A stretch of DNA of 63,989 nucleotides, counting the filler, from Hausera hauseri (Eukaryota), in the NCBI GenBank assembly GCA_046269625.1. It is 12 parts of 12 records of this genome, joined end to end, with 100 filler letters (N's around TTAATTAATTAA, not from the genome) between each part and the next. Parts side by side here need not be neighbours in the genome. Positions count along the whole stretch, not along the records: positions 9,029 to 17,033 come from JBJURY010825416.1; positions 17,134 to 22,158 come from JBJURY010358154.1; positions 22,259 to 27,341 come from JBJURY010341268.1; 9 more parts are not named here. One strand, written 5' to 3'. Positions 12,110-23,030 of the stretch are shown here, piece by piece. A program made the translations under genes and the position numbers. Below the pieces are notes generated by a model. It did not search any database, was not told the DNA's origin, and saw only the letters and a program-made list of their open reading frames with translations. Positions within the stretch are counted from its first letter, which is position 1; each line of letters begins with the position of its first letter.

Positions 12110-13870
12110 AAAAAAGTTGTATCCGGCTATCGAATTATAATTGATAATCAAACGATAGCGTTTGAATCAGAAAGGGATCCATCTGTTTTAGTATCCCCAT
12201 CCAGTGGAAAGCTAGTTCAATTTAGTGCTGAAAATGGCGACCATGTATTTGCAAATAGTGTGTATACATTAATGGAAGTTATGAAACTTTCTATGGAATT
12301 TAAAACTGTTGCTTCGGGATGTATTCATTACGTAAAACTACCCGGCGCAATATTGGATGCTGGTCATCAAGTAGGTACATTGACACTTGATGATTCTGGT
12401 CAAATTAAATAGGAACTCATGTCACAAATATCTGGTCGAATACCTACGAATGTCGAACGAAGCATAAAGCAACAGATGCCTGTATATGCAAGCAATGCTG
12501 TTGTCATTTTTCAGGATCCTCTTTATTGTTCTTCGAATATTGACGAGGAACCATTCCACATTATCAATATTGCCTTACGGGAATGTACTATGACATATGA
12601 TGATAACGAAAAAATTTTCGAAGATTTCTGTCAACGAAAGGAAAAGATTCTTAAAGAACGTAGAATTCGTCATGTTACCTTTTTGATTACATCTATGGGT
12701 ACCTTTCCTCGGTAATTTACTTTCCGAGCAAAAAATAATTTCAAAGAGGATACCATTTATTGTCATTTTGAACCAGCGTTAGTTTTCCAACTAGAAATAA
12801 ACAGGATGCGCAATTTCGATTTGGGGCCAATAACAGTTGTAAATTGTCGAATGCATTTATATTTAGCTCACGCAAATGTGTCTGTAGGACAGGAAGTTAC
12901 TGACTATAGATATTTTGTTCGCAGCATAATTAGACATGATGATTTGGTGACGATAGAGGCATCATTTGAGTATGTTGCTAACGAGGCTGAGCGTACCTTT
13001 TTGGAGTCTCTCGATGCTCTGGAACTGGCTATGTCTTATCCAGATGGTCAGAAAACGTGCAATCATGTATTTCTTAATTTTGCTGACCCTAACCTTGCCA
13101 GATCTCGGTAGGTTGGAAAAAACAGTTCGACGAATGGTTATGCAATATGGATCTCGTTTGTGGAAACTAAGAGTTTCACAGGCTGAATTGAAAATGATGG
13201 TCCAATTCAGTGACAACGAACAACGAATACCAATCCGAATGTGGTTGGCTAACGAGAGTGGTTACGACTTAGAAATATCTATTTATAAAGAAGTCCTTGA
13301 TTCGGCAACCGGGCAAATTCAATTTCTATTATTTGAAAACGGAAAACGAGGCAAGCTGCAGTGTTTTATATTGGACACACCATACCAAGCAAAAGATAAT
13401 TTGCAGTTAAAACGACGTCAAGCACTTCAGTTTAACACAACATACGTTTACGATTATTTTAAATTAATTAATCAGGCTCTTGAAGGAATTTGGAAAGCAT
13501 ACAACTCTCAATTCCTAATTGATAATCCAGCCATAGAATTGGTATCAAGTTTGGAGTTGGCTATTGATTCGAGCAACCGTATTCTTCAAGAAATTCAACA
13601 TACTCCAGGATCCAATAAAATTAGCATGGTTGTCTGGCGAGTAAAACTGACGACCCCTGAAATTTATCCAACGGATCGTGAGATCATTTTGATACGTAAT
13701 GATGTCACTGTCAAAATGGGTTCATTTTTCATTGTCGAAGATCAGCTATTTAAGAAAGCGTCCGAACCTTCTCGAAAACTGGGAATTCCCCGCGTATATT
13801 TTGCGTCAAACTGTGGAGCCCGAAGTGGATTAATGAAAGAAATTAAGAATATTTTCATAGTCGTTTGGAA
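12110..13870 (+). pseudogene. ACACA: Acetyl-CoA carboxylase fragment (biotinyl domain, part of central domain, start of carboxyltransferase), internally deleted
   Basis: ERDPSVLVSPSSGKL...MEVMKL (biotin lysine), [68 protein letters not shown]. Stops at 12410 and 12713, frameshift near 13090. Confidence 0.93.
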
Positions 13871-15309
13871 TAATTTTCTCCAGTGCGGATATAGTCATTT
13901 AACCAGACTTCTGAGAACGTTGGCGACAAATGATCCATTTTTCCACACTTCAAAATATATAGAAACTACCCGATTTCATTTGTTTGACACTACAACACAA
14001 TATACATCCGTGTTCCGTGATGATGAAAATCAACTGGTATTAGACAGCACGAGGTACCATCATAGCCTCTCATTTTCATCGTGGTTTGTCATGCATATTC
14101 GGACATTTCTGGCAAGTTTGGCAGCCGATCTCTATGACATTGTTCACAGTAGTGTTTATTACGGTAACATCGGCAATCCGTACACGATTGTAATACCGCA
14201 ACCAGTTTTACTCACTGTCTCCGTTCTTTATAACTATCCTTCCACAATTCATCATAACGAGGACACATTGAACGATAAAATATTGGATATGGTTCTCTAT
14301 CTGATCAATGAGATGTTATTGGAGGATGTTTCCCGATTGGATGGCAATTATCCGTTATTTATTAATACGGCTGGTAATTATAATGATTCGGTAAGTATGG
14401 TTAACCAGTCCAAATTATCCAAAGCCGTTTGCGAAAAAACGATGAGTTCCACCATATGAATCACGGTTAACGAAACACATACTCTGCAGGTATTATGCAT
14501 TCCTATTACAACAGTGCACAAATAGTTCGCAGGTCAACAAACAAACCGCTACTTCGGCATTCGAGACAAATGCAGGGCAAACATGCTTCCATTTACATTG
14601 GACATGATATGTATCCGCGTAAGGAATATGACCTTTTTGGCAATCAATTTAAATTTGGCAGAGACAATTTAAATCGGCACATAATTAGCACATCTCATAC
14701 GTACACTCCAAGATGGCATAGATCGAGTGAAGCGGGCTCAACTATATTTACGAGAAATTATCGATCAAAAACACCATTTATGCTGAATGAGCATTTGTAA
14801 GAAGCAACAAGTAGTAAAGGATATGAAGGTGATTCTTGTCGTATGTTTAATGAAAAAGACTGTGAAACGGGAGATTATCATACTGACATTTGCGAAAATA
14901 TTAATGAAGACGGAAATGAAAGACTATGTAATCATTGTTATTCATTTGGTGCCATTTTTTATAAAATTAATACCTGTGTAAAGTACGTTAATCAACGTAC
15001 GCTTCTTGAAAAATTATTTGAAAGTCGAATTTGTTCGGATTTGTTAGTACCAGAAGATTCAGCTAATTTAAAATGAGAAGAAAATCAAGAACTATGTAGC
15101 GAAGCATATAGATTTTTTTATACATTAAATACGACTACATCTAAAAATTGTTTACCAATTCCAACAAATGATTATTTTTATTCTTATAAAATCTGGCATG
15201 ATCTGACCGGTTGTTGTATAGAAAAAACATGCGCCATGTCAAATTTAAGTGAAAATCACTTTATAAAGACGACAAATTTTTTTCCGAGAAGTCTACTGCT
15301 GAAAATTTT

Positions 15310-15560
15310 TCCAATTTCCTTGAGTCATTTCCTGTAGAGCATCTTGATTAACAATTCAACTGTCTGACAATCTTTTTCATTCCTTTACCATATCCTAATT
15401 TGAAGGAATTACTGGTAACATATGATCATATCAAAGTTTTTTCCGCTGAACACACATCGCTCATTCCAATTATTTTTACATTGGCATTGGCTAACAATAA
15501 GCTTTCCAGAATTCCAAATAAAATATCCAATTTAAGCAAACTAGTCAATATCAACGTAGC
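15310..15560 (+). pseudogene. Leucine-rich repeat fragment
   Basis: PNLKELLVTYDHIKVF, IFTLALANNKLSRIPNKISNLSKLVNINV match LxxLxLxxNxL periodicity. Confidence 0.7.
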
Positions 15561-16581
15561 AATGGCATCGGGAATGCAATCATTGAATCGCACAACAATA
15601 AGCGATTCCACGGACCTATACGTTAGATTCGTTTTTACGTTATGCATTCCATTTCTTATTGATTATTTTAATTTGAATATAAGGTATATTAAGTGGAACG
15701 AACAATTTATCACAGGGTATAGCTACCTGCGTGGCAAAATTGCATATAGTTTTTTACTATTAATTCCTTCTAACACGAAAATAATTGAATACGCCGTACA
15801 AGACATCACCGTATTCATTGTGTTGTTTACTATTTTGCATGCACCTATTTTATTGCTATACTATCAATCCATCTTTTTAATATCGCAAATGTTCCACCTT
15901 TATACATACGAATTAGACAATAATGCAAATTATCTTATGCATACTTTGAGTATCTCCTCAGCATTTTACACTGGACAAACCCTGCTGTGTATCGAAAACA
16001 ATGAACCGTTGGTAAAGTATCTGCTAATCGTTACCATAATCAATACTAACTCAGCTATGTCATTTAACTTTAAAATCGAATATACTATTCATTCGACATA
16101 TCATAGTACATTTACCGAGAATGTTATTTCTGAAAAACGTTCGCCATCTAAAGGAAATATATACATTAAAGGAACTATTTTCAGACGAAATATTCAGCAT
16201 CAGCTAATTATGTATACCTGTGAATATTTATACTATGTCGAAATTGTTAAATTTCTAACTATTTTTGAACATTTTCGATCGAATTTTATAATAGACGAAA
16301 TCAAAACTTCGAAATTGACTATCGAAATAAAACCAATGATCTCGTGCTCTACTGCCGTTCCGATTCCCCTGGTGAGAAAGATAATAGGGACTCTGGGTGC
16401 GACCGTGTCCCCGGCGACGCACTATACCCCTAAAGTGACACATGTATTTTTCTCTATCTGTCTTTTCCAAAACATACATACCCACACACATCACACATAT
16501 ACCAAATCTCAATTAGACTACCCTCAATCAACTATCTCCTCGGCCAGAAAGACAGACCATTATAACTTGAATACTTTGGGC

Positions 16582-17033
16582 ATGTCTATGTCTTACGCAC
16601 CACGTTGCATACACGACTTATCTGATAAATTCGTGCCACTAACACTGCTATTTGAAAACGGACATACCCAAACTTATTACATCTATAAATTTACAACAGT
16701 TGCCAAATTTTCGTGCACACTACAGCTGCAAACATCTTTAGCTAATTTCCGCCTCAGCTTTAACGGACTATTCCTCCAACAATCAGACGTAATAACTGAT
16801 TACACTCATTTATCCTCTACAGCCATACTCACTGTACATTCCCGTCTGTTAGGCGGATCTGATCCCAAAACATCTAAGGAGCAACAAGATTTTACTGACA
16901 TCCCCACCATACATGTCCCACTAAAACAACCTCCTTCAGTCCTACCGACAGCATCTTCTTCGGTCAATTTTCCTTGTGTTGACTATTTCACGGACAAACA
17001 ACACTCCAGTCGTACGTGGCTAGAATTCCATGC
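16582..17033 (+). CDS. Ubiquitin-like domain fused to Gag N-terminus (CsRn1-like copy A, 5' part)
   Basis: Ubl at about 16630-16857 (LTLLFENGHTQTYYI...FRLSFNGLFL...DY...ILTVHSRLLGG). Downstream FPCVDYFTDKQHSSRTWLEFH is homologous to the Gag start of copy B (LHCTEYFIDNEKSSKTWLHFH). Confidence 0.8.
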
Positions 17034-19139
17034 NNNNNNNNNNNNNNNNNNNNNNNNNNNNNNNNNNNNNNNNNNNNTTAATTAATTAANNNNNNNNNNN
17101 NNNNNNNNNNNNNNNNNNNNNNNNNNNNNNNNNAAGTAAGGTAGAAAGAAAAACATCTGGGTAATCACAAAAGAAGTTTTCCAAAATAGAATTTCTCCAT
17201 CTATTGATGAATTGTTTGTGGTGTACTTTACAAGTCTATAACTGACAAATATTAAAAAATTTGTATAAAATTTGATATCTGATTTGGCCCTTGGGAATAT
17301 TGGGAAATAATCAAAATGTAACTTATACGGATAAAAGTGGCTTAGAAGCTTTAAAGAAATGAATCGTTGGGAATATAAAAAATATCTAGAGAATTTTCTG
17401 TACATGTAATATCTTAAATCTCAAATAAAATTATAAATATTATTATAATAAGAGTAAGGAGAAAATGTAGACTCGGTCACACCCCGGGGAGGGGGATAAT
17501 ATCGATAAATCGGTAATTGACTGTTACCATCGAGACCACCACATGGTGTTCGTTACTATGGTAATTGTTCCCATGACTACGAACATATCGATCGAGTAAT
17601 AAATTAGTGTGTAGATTTTCCATAAATCTACAGGTTATTAGTTCATCAATGAACAAATCGATCAGGTCAAAGTGCTAATCGAGAGTACACATACATGCGC
17701 ATCGATCTGTGAACTTTTCACATTAGCCGCACTATTTGAAGTGGGTGGAAATCAGAGATATGGATTTTCCAATATGTCCGATATTCATGATTCTAAAATT
17801 AAACTAAGTCCTGTCGATGAAAGAAATTGTGCACTATATAACTGTGTAAACCGTTTTTAAATCGGTCGATTGGATTTTGAATTATAGCGAATCAAAGTTG
17901 GCGAAAGTGAACCTACGTTTTTTTCTGCTCGAAGGAAGCAAAAATTAGAAAATCTTTAAGCTGGTGTAGATAGGAACCCATATATGAATAGGCAGAGTCC
18001 GGTGTCCGATATTGGAGAACAGGTTCACGAATCTAAACTTACAGGGTAAAACTCGAAAACTCGGTGAACCGTATATTATTCGGATAATCTACTTGCTTCA
18101 ATAGGTTCGCCATGTGTGAAAATCTTTGTAATTAATATAATTTGTCATCGTCCACAACGTACTGTAAAGTTAAAATATCAATAAATAAACAAGTAGACAT
18201 TATATGCTCAAGGAAGCAGAAATCGGAAATATGTCAACATGTAACTGAGATTCACAAAACCTCTAAGTCACGGTCGCAGGAGGAAGCCTCATCCAATGGC
18301 AACCTGGAACACACAGTCAGAGCACTAATCTCCAGGCACATGCCACCAACTGCTGTTTTGTTTGATTCAACGTCAACAAAGCGCTTGATTCTGAAAGATG
18401 AGGACTTCATCCGACGTACATTATGTTTTTCAGACTTTGTGCACAATAAGAACATATACTGTTTGTCTGCACGGATCATGATCACTACTTAACCTTCTAG
18501 CGTCGGCTGAAAAAGAAACTTGCAAACTTGTTAATCCAACCAAGTCACCGTATATAGAAGGATATACTATAGGATACGGGGGAACCTTAAAAACTCTGTT
18601 CAGCAGCTTCCTCCGAAAAGAAAAGAAAAGTTCGTGTCAGCAAAACAAATAGAACTACACGAAAACGCATGCCGCGACTGTGCAAGTATCATATGAATGA
18701 CTGTTGTAGAAGATCTAAAGATCACCTCACCAGCAATTATCAACTTATGTCTTATGAAAAGCTAACTCCTGACCATAGATAACCATTAGATACTACAACT
18801 ATCAATCCAAAATAGATTAGTAACAAGGCACTCATTGAACAATCGGAAACAGACAGCTGCGGATCGTGTTACTGTCATGACATCGAGAAAGCTATAAACA
18901 AGCTACACTCTTACATCCCTCAAATACGTGATTAAAAGACTCCAAAGAAAAACATTTGGCGGGACCACAAAACCTTCGACCACCTGATAGGTGAAAGGAA
19001 AATTAGAAAGAAATACTTCAAGGGAAAAATTGCATGGAAAGAATCATGGATGAGTCACTAATCTTCGATCATCCATCCCGTGAAGACAATGTTCATTACT
19101 ACTCTGAAGAGTCGCGTACCAGAACCAGTAGACTGAAAT

Positions 19140-19894
19140 GGTGGATTGTGCTTGCGGCAAGGACGCAATTTCCAACTTTATATACCTTTGGCTGAAGAAA
19201 TCCGAAAGCATATAAGAAAACTCAAGAATTGCGCAGCTGGTGAAGACACCATCTTCTACAAAGAAATCATACGCAACCCAGAGTGCAAAATGCTAGAATC
19301 TATCTTCATCAAAATAATATCAACTGGCACTACTCCATCATGTTCGAAGCAGTTCAAAATCCGACTTATCCCAAAGAAAGACAAAGACGGCCAATACAAT
19401 TTAATTAAATCATGGAGACCAAATGCACTCCTCTTTTCCTCGTACAAAATATTCACCGAACTACGAGATCCAAAATGACAGCTAAATGGATCCAAAATGA
19501 CAACATGTTATACCCGTTACAGAAAAATGTGGGTCCACATGAAGGATGTGCCAAGCAAAATTTAGCCCTCACGTCAATCCTTGAGCACGAGAAAAGACAA
19601 CACCTTAAAATGCAACATCGCCTTTCTAGATATCAAAGATACCTTTGGGACTATTCCAGCAGAACTAATCCACGGGTTACTGACCCAAATGGGCTGTCAT
19701 ATTGATTCATCCAACATGACAAAGGCTCTGTATGAAAGTTTCAGCTCATCTTACATATGCAGAACCATAATCAGTGGGCACAGATCTGTTCAGCTGGACG
19801 TGAGACAAGGTTGCCCCTTGTCAATGCTCCTACTCAGCATCGGCATCAGTCCTCTGCTAGAGTCTAAAGCAGGTTACGCGCTTCACGGTCAAAG
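19140..19894 (+). pseudogene. Non-LTR retrotransposon reverse transcriptase (R2/NeSL/Utopia-like), truncated before YxDD
   Basis: AAGEDTIFY, RLIPKK, SWRPNALLFSSYKIF, LQKNVGPHEGC, IAFLDIKDTFGTIP, VRQGCPLSMLL. Frameshifted; interrupted at 19895. The element probably extends upstream to about 18250. Confidence 0.85.
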
Positions 19895-20180
19895 TGTTAG
19901 GGTTTGTTAATTAACATATACCCCAACCTATACCCCAAACTATCAGTCCAAACAGAAAACCAGATTACAAATTATAACCAATTCAATCCCAAAACATATG
20001 ACCGTAATCACTGACGATTGATTGGTGATCCCAATAAAAACTATGACTTTATATGATCAACCCAATACTACAGACTATGACTGTGTGTATATTATTGTGA
20101 TAATTAATAAACCTTATATATAACTGTCTTGCCTTTTGTGTTTTTGATGGGTATCTCTACCACACCTGTTTATGTACACA
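19895..20180 (+). repeat. Probable 5' LTR (TG...CA, 286 bp) inserted into the non-LTR RT
   Basis: Starts TGTTAGG exactly where RT homology stops, has AATAAA at 20106, ends TACACA. Followed by a PBS-like TTGTTAACCAGAGCGG and a degraded internal region. Confidence 0.5.
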
Positions 20181-21984
20181 ATTTGTTAACCAGAGCGGCT
20201 AAATAATAATTAATAAATTCAGCAGTTTTTATCTCAAAATCCACACAACGAAAAAGACGAAGGTTAGCTAAACAATTATCCTCACAACAAAGAAAACTAA
20301 ATTTCAATTTAAATTAAAATTCAAATTAAAGTCAACTATTATTCCTTGATAGTTCGGTCTCAAAGAGCATTCCCTATGGAAATCCGGACAATATAAACCA
20401 AAATGATGTTTATCTGGAATTGACAGAATTATCTAAATCTGTCAGAAATATCTAATCTAACATTATTCCATAAATCAGATTTTCCACAGAAATCCGAGCA
20501 ACAAACGTTTACCCAAATGTCAAAATTATTAACCGAAATCAAAAATTGTTTATCACAAAGAATTCTATGACCAAAAGCACTTATCTTGAATTGTCAAAAT
20601 TGAATTGCAAAATAAACAATCTGGGCAATTCGATTATGGAAACGAATAAACAAAATTCACCAAAACGGTATATAAACCGTCCTAAAACGACAAACCAATG
20701 AACTAAAGAAAACAAAATCGTAATAATAATAACTTTAAACGGAGAAGAATTTTGATCCTTGAGTAAGTTGTATTCCTTATTGAAGGATAAAAGATTAATA
20801 CAATCATAGCAAAACAGATATAGAATCGTTTAAACAGTTCAGGAAGAATAGCAAAGGTTTCCAATCCGGATAAATCATTATTGTCAATTTCTGCCCTACC
20901 TAAATTTACCCAGTGTTGATTTCTCGAAGAACAGCCTAACAAAATGATGATCGATCAAGAAAACAAGGAGGATTTTCTGGTAAATTTCTTTTCTTATAAT
21001 ATTAAGAAATTTAAGTTATGACTAAGAAATTGTGAACCGTGATACTTAGATATAAATTTCGATTAAAATAGAAGCTGCTGAAATTTTATGTATAATTTTT
21101 TCTAATAAATCTTAATTACACAGATAAATTTGTTTGATGATGAATATGCCCCGTGTGGTGGATAGTTTTGACTGTAGCAGTACTAATTATGGGAATGTAC
21201 CCATGTGATCTCACTCGAACAATTTACCACATTGTCGAAACTGGCTTGCGAGAAGATCATGATTCCCACCGTGTTTACGTATTAAAATTGATACAATCAG
21301 GACAGTACAATCAAAGGTCAATATGAATAGTCGATGATCAAAACATCCATGCATAATTGGGCATGACGAAGGGCAATCGTATATGATAATTGTGATGGTT
21401 GAATAGTACAAACGACGGACGTATGAAATCCCAATCCCAAAGATACATCAGCCGAACTGAATGCGGGGTTGATTGTTAGTTTTGTTTAATTAGGCACGAC
21501 AACCAAAGGAGGGTGTGCGAGAACAACAGTGCTTGTCAATCAATATACACAAATTAGGTTGAGATATTCGAGCAATGACCCATCTAATACAGATTGATCG
21601 GCCTTATCGATAAAGGCAACTGCGACGACCAATTACGGAGCTATCAACTAAAAAGGGATATACGCTAACTGTCAACCATATTACTAAATCGAGTGAAAGC
21701 TACAGACCCGATATCTTCAACATTCTCGATGAGACCATGAATTTTGTTCAGGATAAACGTGTTATTCGATTGTTAACATTTAGTTAGATATGTCAGGAGA
21801 AAATTATCGGTGTCGGTCATTGTTGCCTTCATTTAATCTATGCGCTTTCATCGGGTATGAATATATTTGGGAGATTTCTTTATCGGTGTGTCCGGTAATA
21901 GTATGAAGCACTGAAGAACTAGCCGATATTAACACTATATCGTCCCACTTAGCATTAGCACTATAGTGTGGAATTGTAGTAAAT

Positions 21985-22158
21985 TGTTAGTATTATATTT
22001 TGGGGATATATTAGATTGTTTGATCCTTCGAATATTGATAATGATAGCATTATATTTTGGGGGTTATATATTAAATTGTTTAGTCTATAAAATGTTGGTA
22101 ATGCTAGCATTGAATTTTGGGGATTATACTAAATTGTTTAATCTATTGAATGTTAGTG
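21985..22158. repeat. Minisatellite, about 59-60 bp unit, three copies
   Basis: Recurring tag(c/t)att(a/g)(t/a)attttgggg...ta(a/g)attgttt...aat(a/g)tt unit up to the contig end. Confidence 0.75.
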
Positions 22159-22258
22159 NNNNNNNNNNNNNNNNNNNNNNNNNNNNNNNNNNNNNNNNNN
22201 NNTTAATTAATTAANNNNNNNNNNNNNNNNNNNNNNNNNNNNNNNNNNNNNNNNNNNN

Positions 22259-23030
22259 CTAATATATGCAAATCCCGAGTTGGCATCACCAATAATTCCG
22301 ATGAAGGAAGGTGTTTTTGGACGAGTAACCGGAGAAGTCCTATTGACGTATAAATGCGAGAAGAAAGACGTACCAATTAATGTGAAAGAGAAGAGATGCA
22401 TACAAGAACTTCCAGCAATATACCAGGATGTACCAAGATTAGTAACACAAATTACCAGAGTACTATTGGCTAATGCTACTCGGCGACAATCTAAAAAGAC
22501 TGTAAAACCAGTTTAGGCAAGCCGATGTTTAGACATAGCAAAACTGACTGGGTAAGTCTACCGAACGGTGGTATTATTGCACCACCTACCAAACTGACAG
22601 GAACAAACTTAATAAAAGGAATAAATGATGATATATTTCAGGATACAGCTATCAAAGGATATCTATCGATCAAAAGAAGTAGAGGCATTCAGACAATTTC
22701 TCGCTTTTCCCCATCAGCGCACACATGAATTAAACAAAGCAATGCATACAATATTAGAGGACTTGCGTTACCAAGCGAAATGGGAGTCACTACTTGGTGT
22801 TGGCTATTACAAGAAGGTAACCACGAAAATATTATACAAAATATGGGGACGATTTCAGATATTCGGACAAACCGCGTCAGAATTTCTAGCGATATACTTC
22901 TTAATTCCACTGGTAAAAGCTATAATTCAAGCAATTATAAATGGGTACGAGATATTCACCTTGACAGGATTTTTGTGCAAAATTTTAACAGATATTATTA
23001 CACCCTTCGGCAAATTCTTAAAGGCTTATG
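22259..23030 (+). pseudogene. Chuvirus-like / gB-like (class III) envelope glycoprotein, C-terminal half with TM region
   Basis: GVFGRVTGEVLLTYKC...RCIQELPAIY...ITRVL, IY..KEVEAFRQFLAFP, IWGRFQIFG...LAIYFLIPLVKAIIQAIINGYEI match the pattern of chuviral glycoprotein endogenous elements as recalled. Confidence 0.72.
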
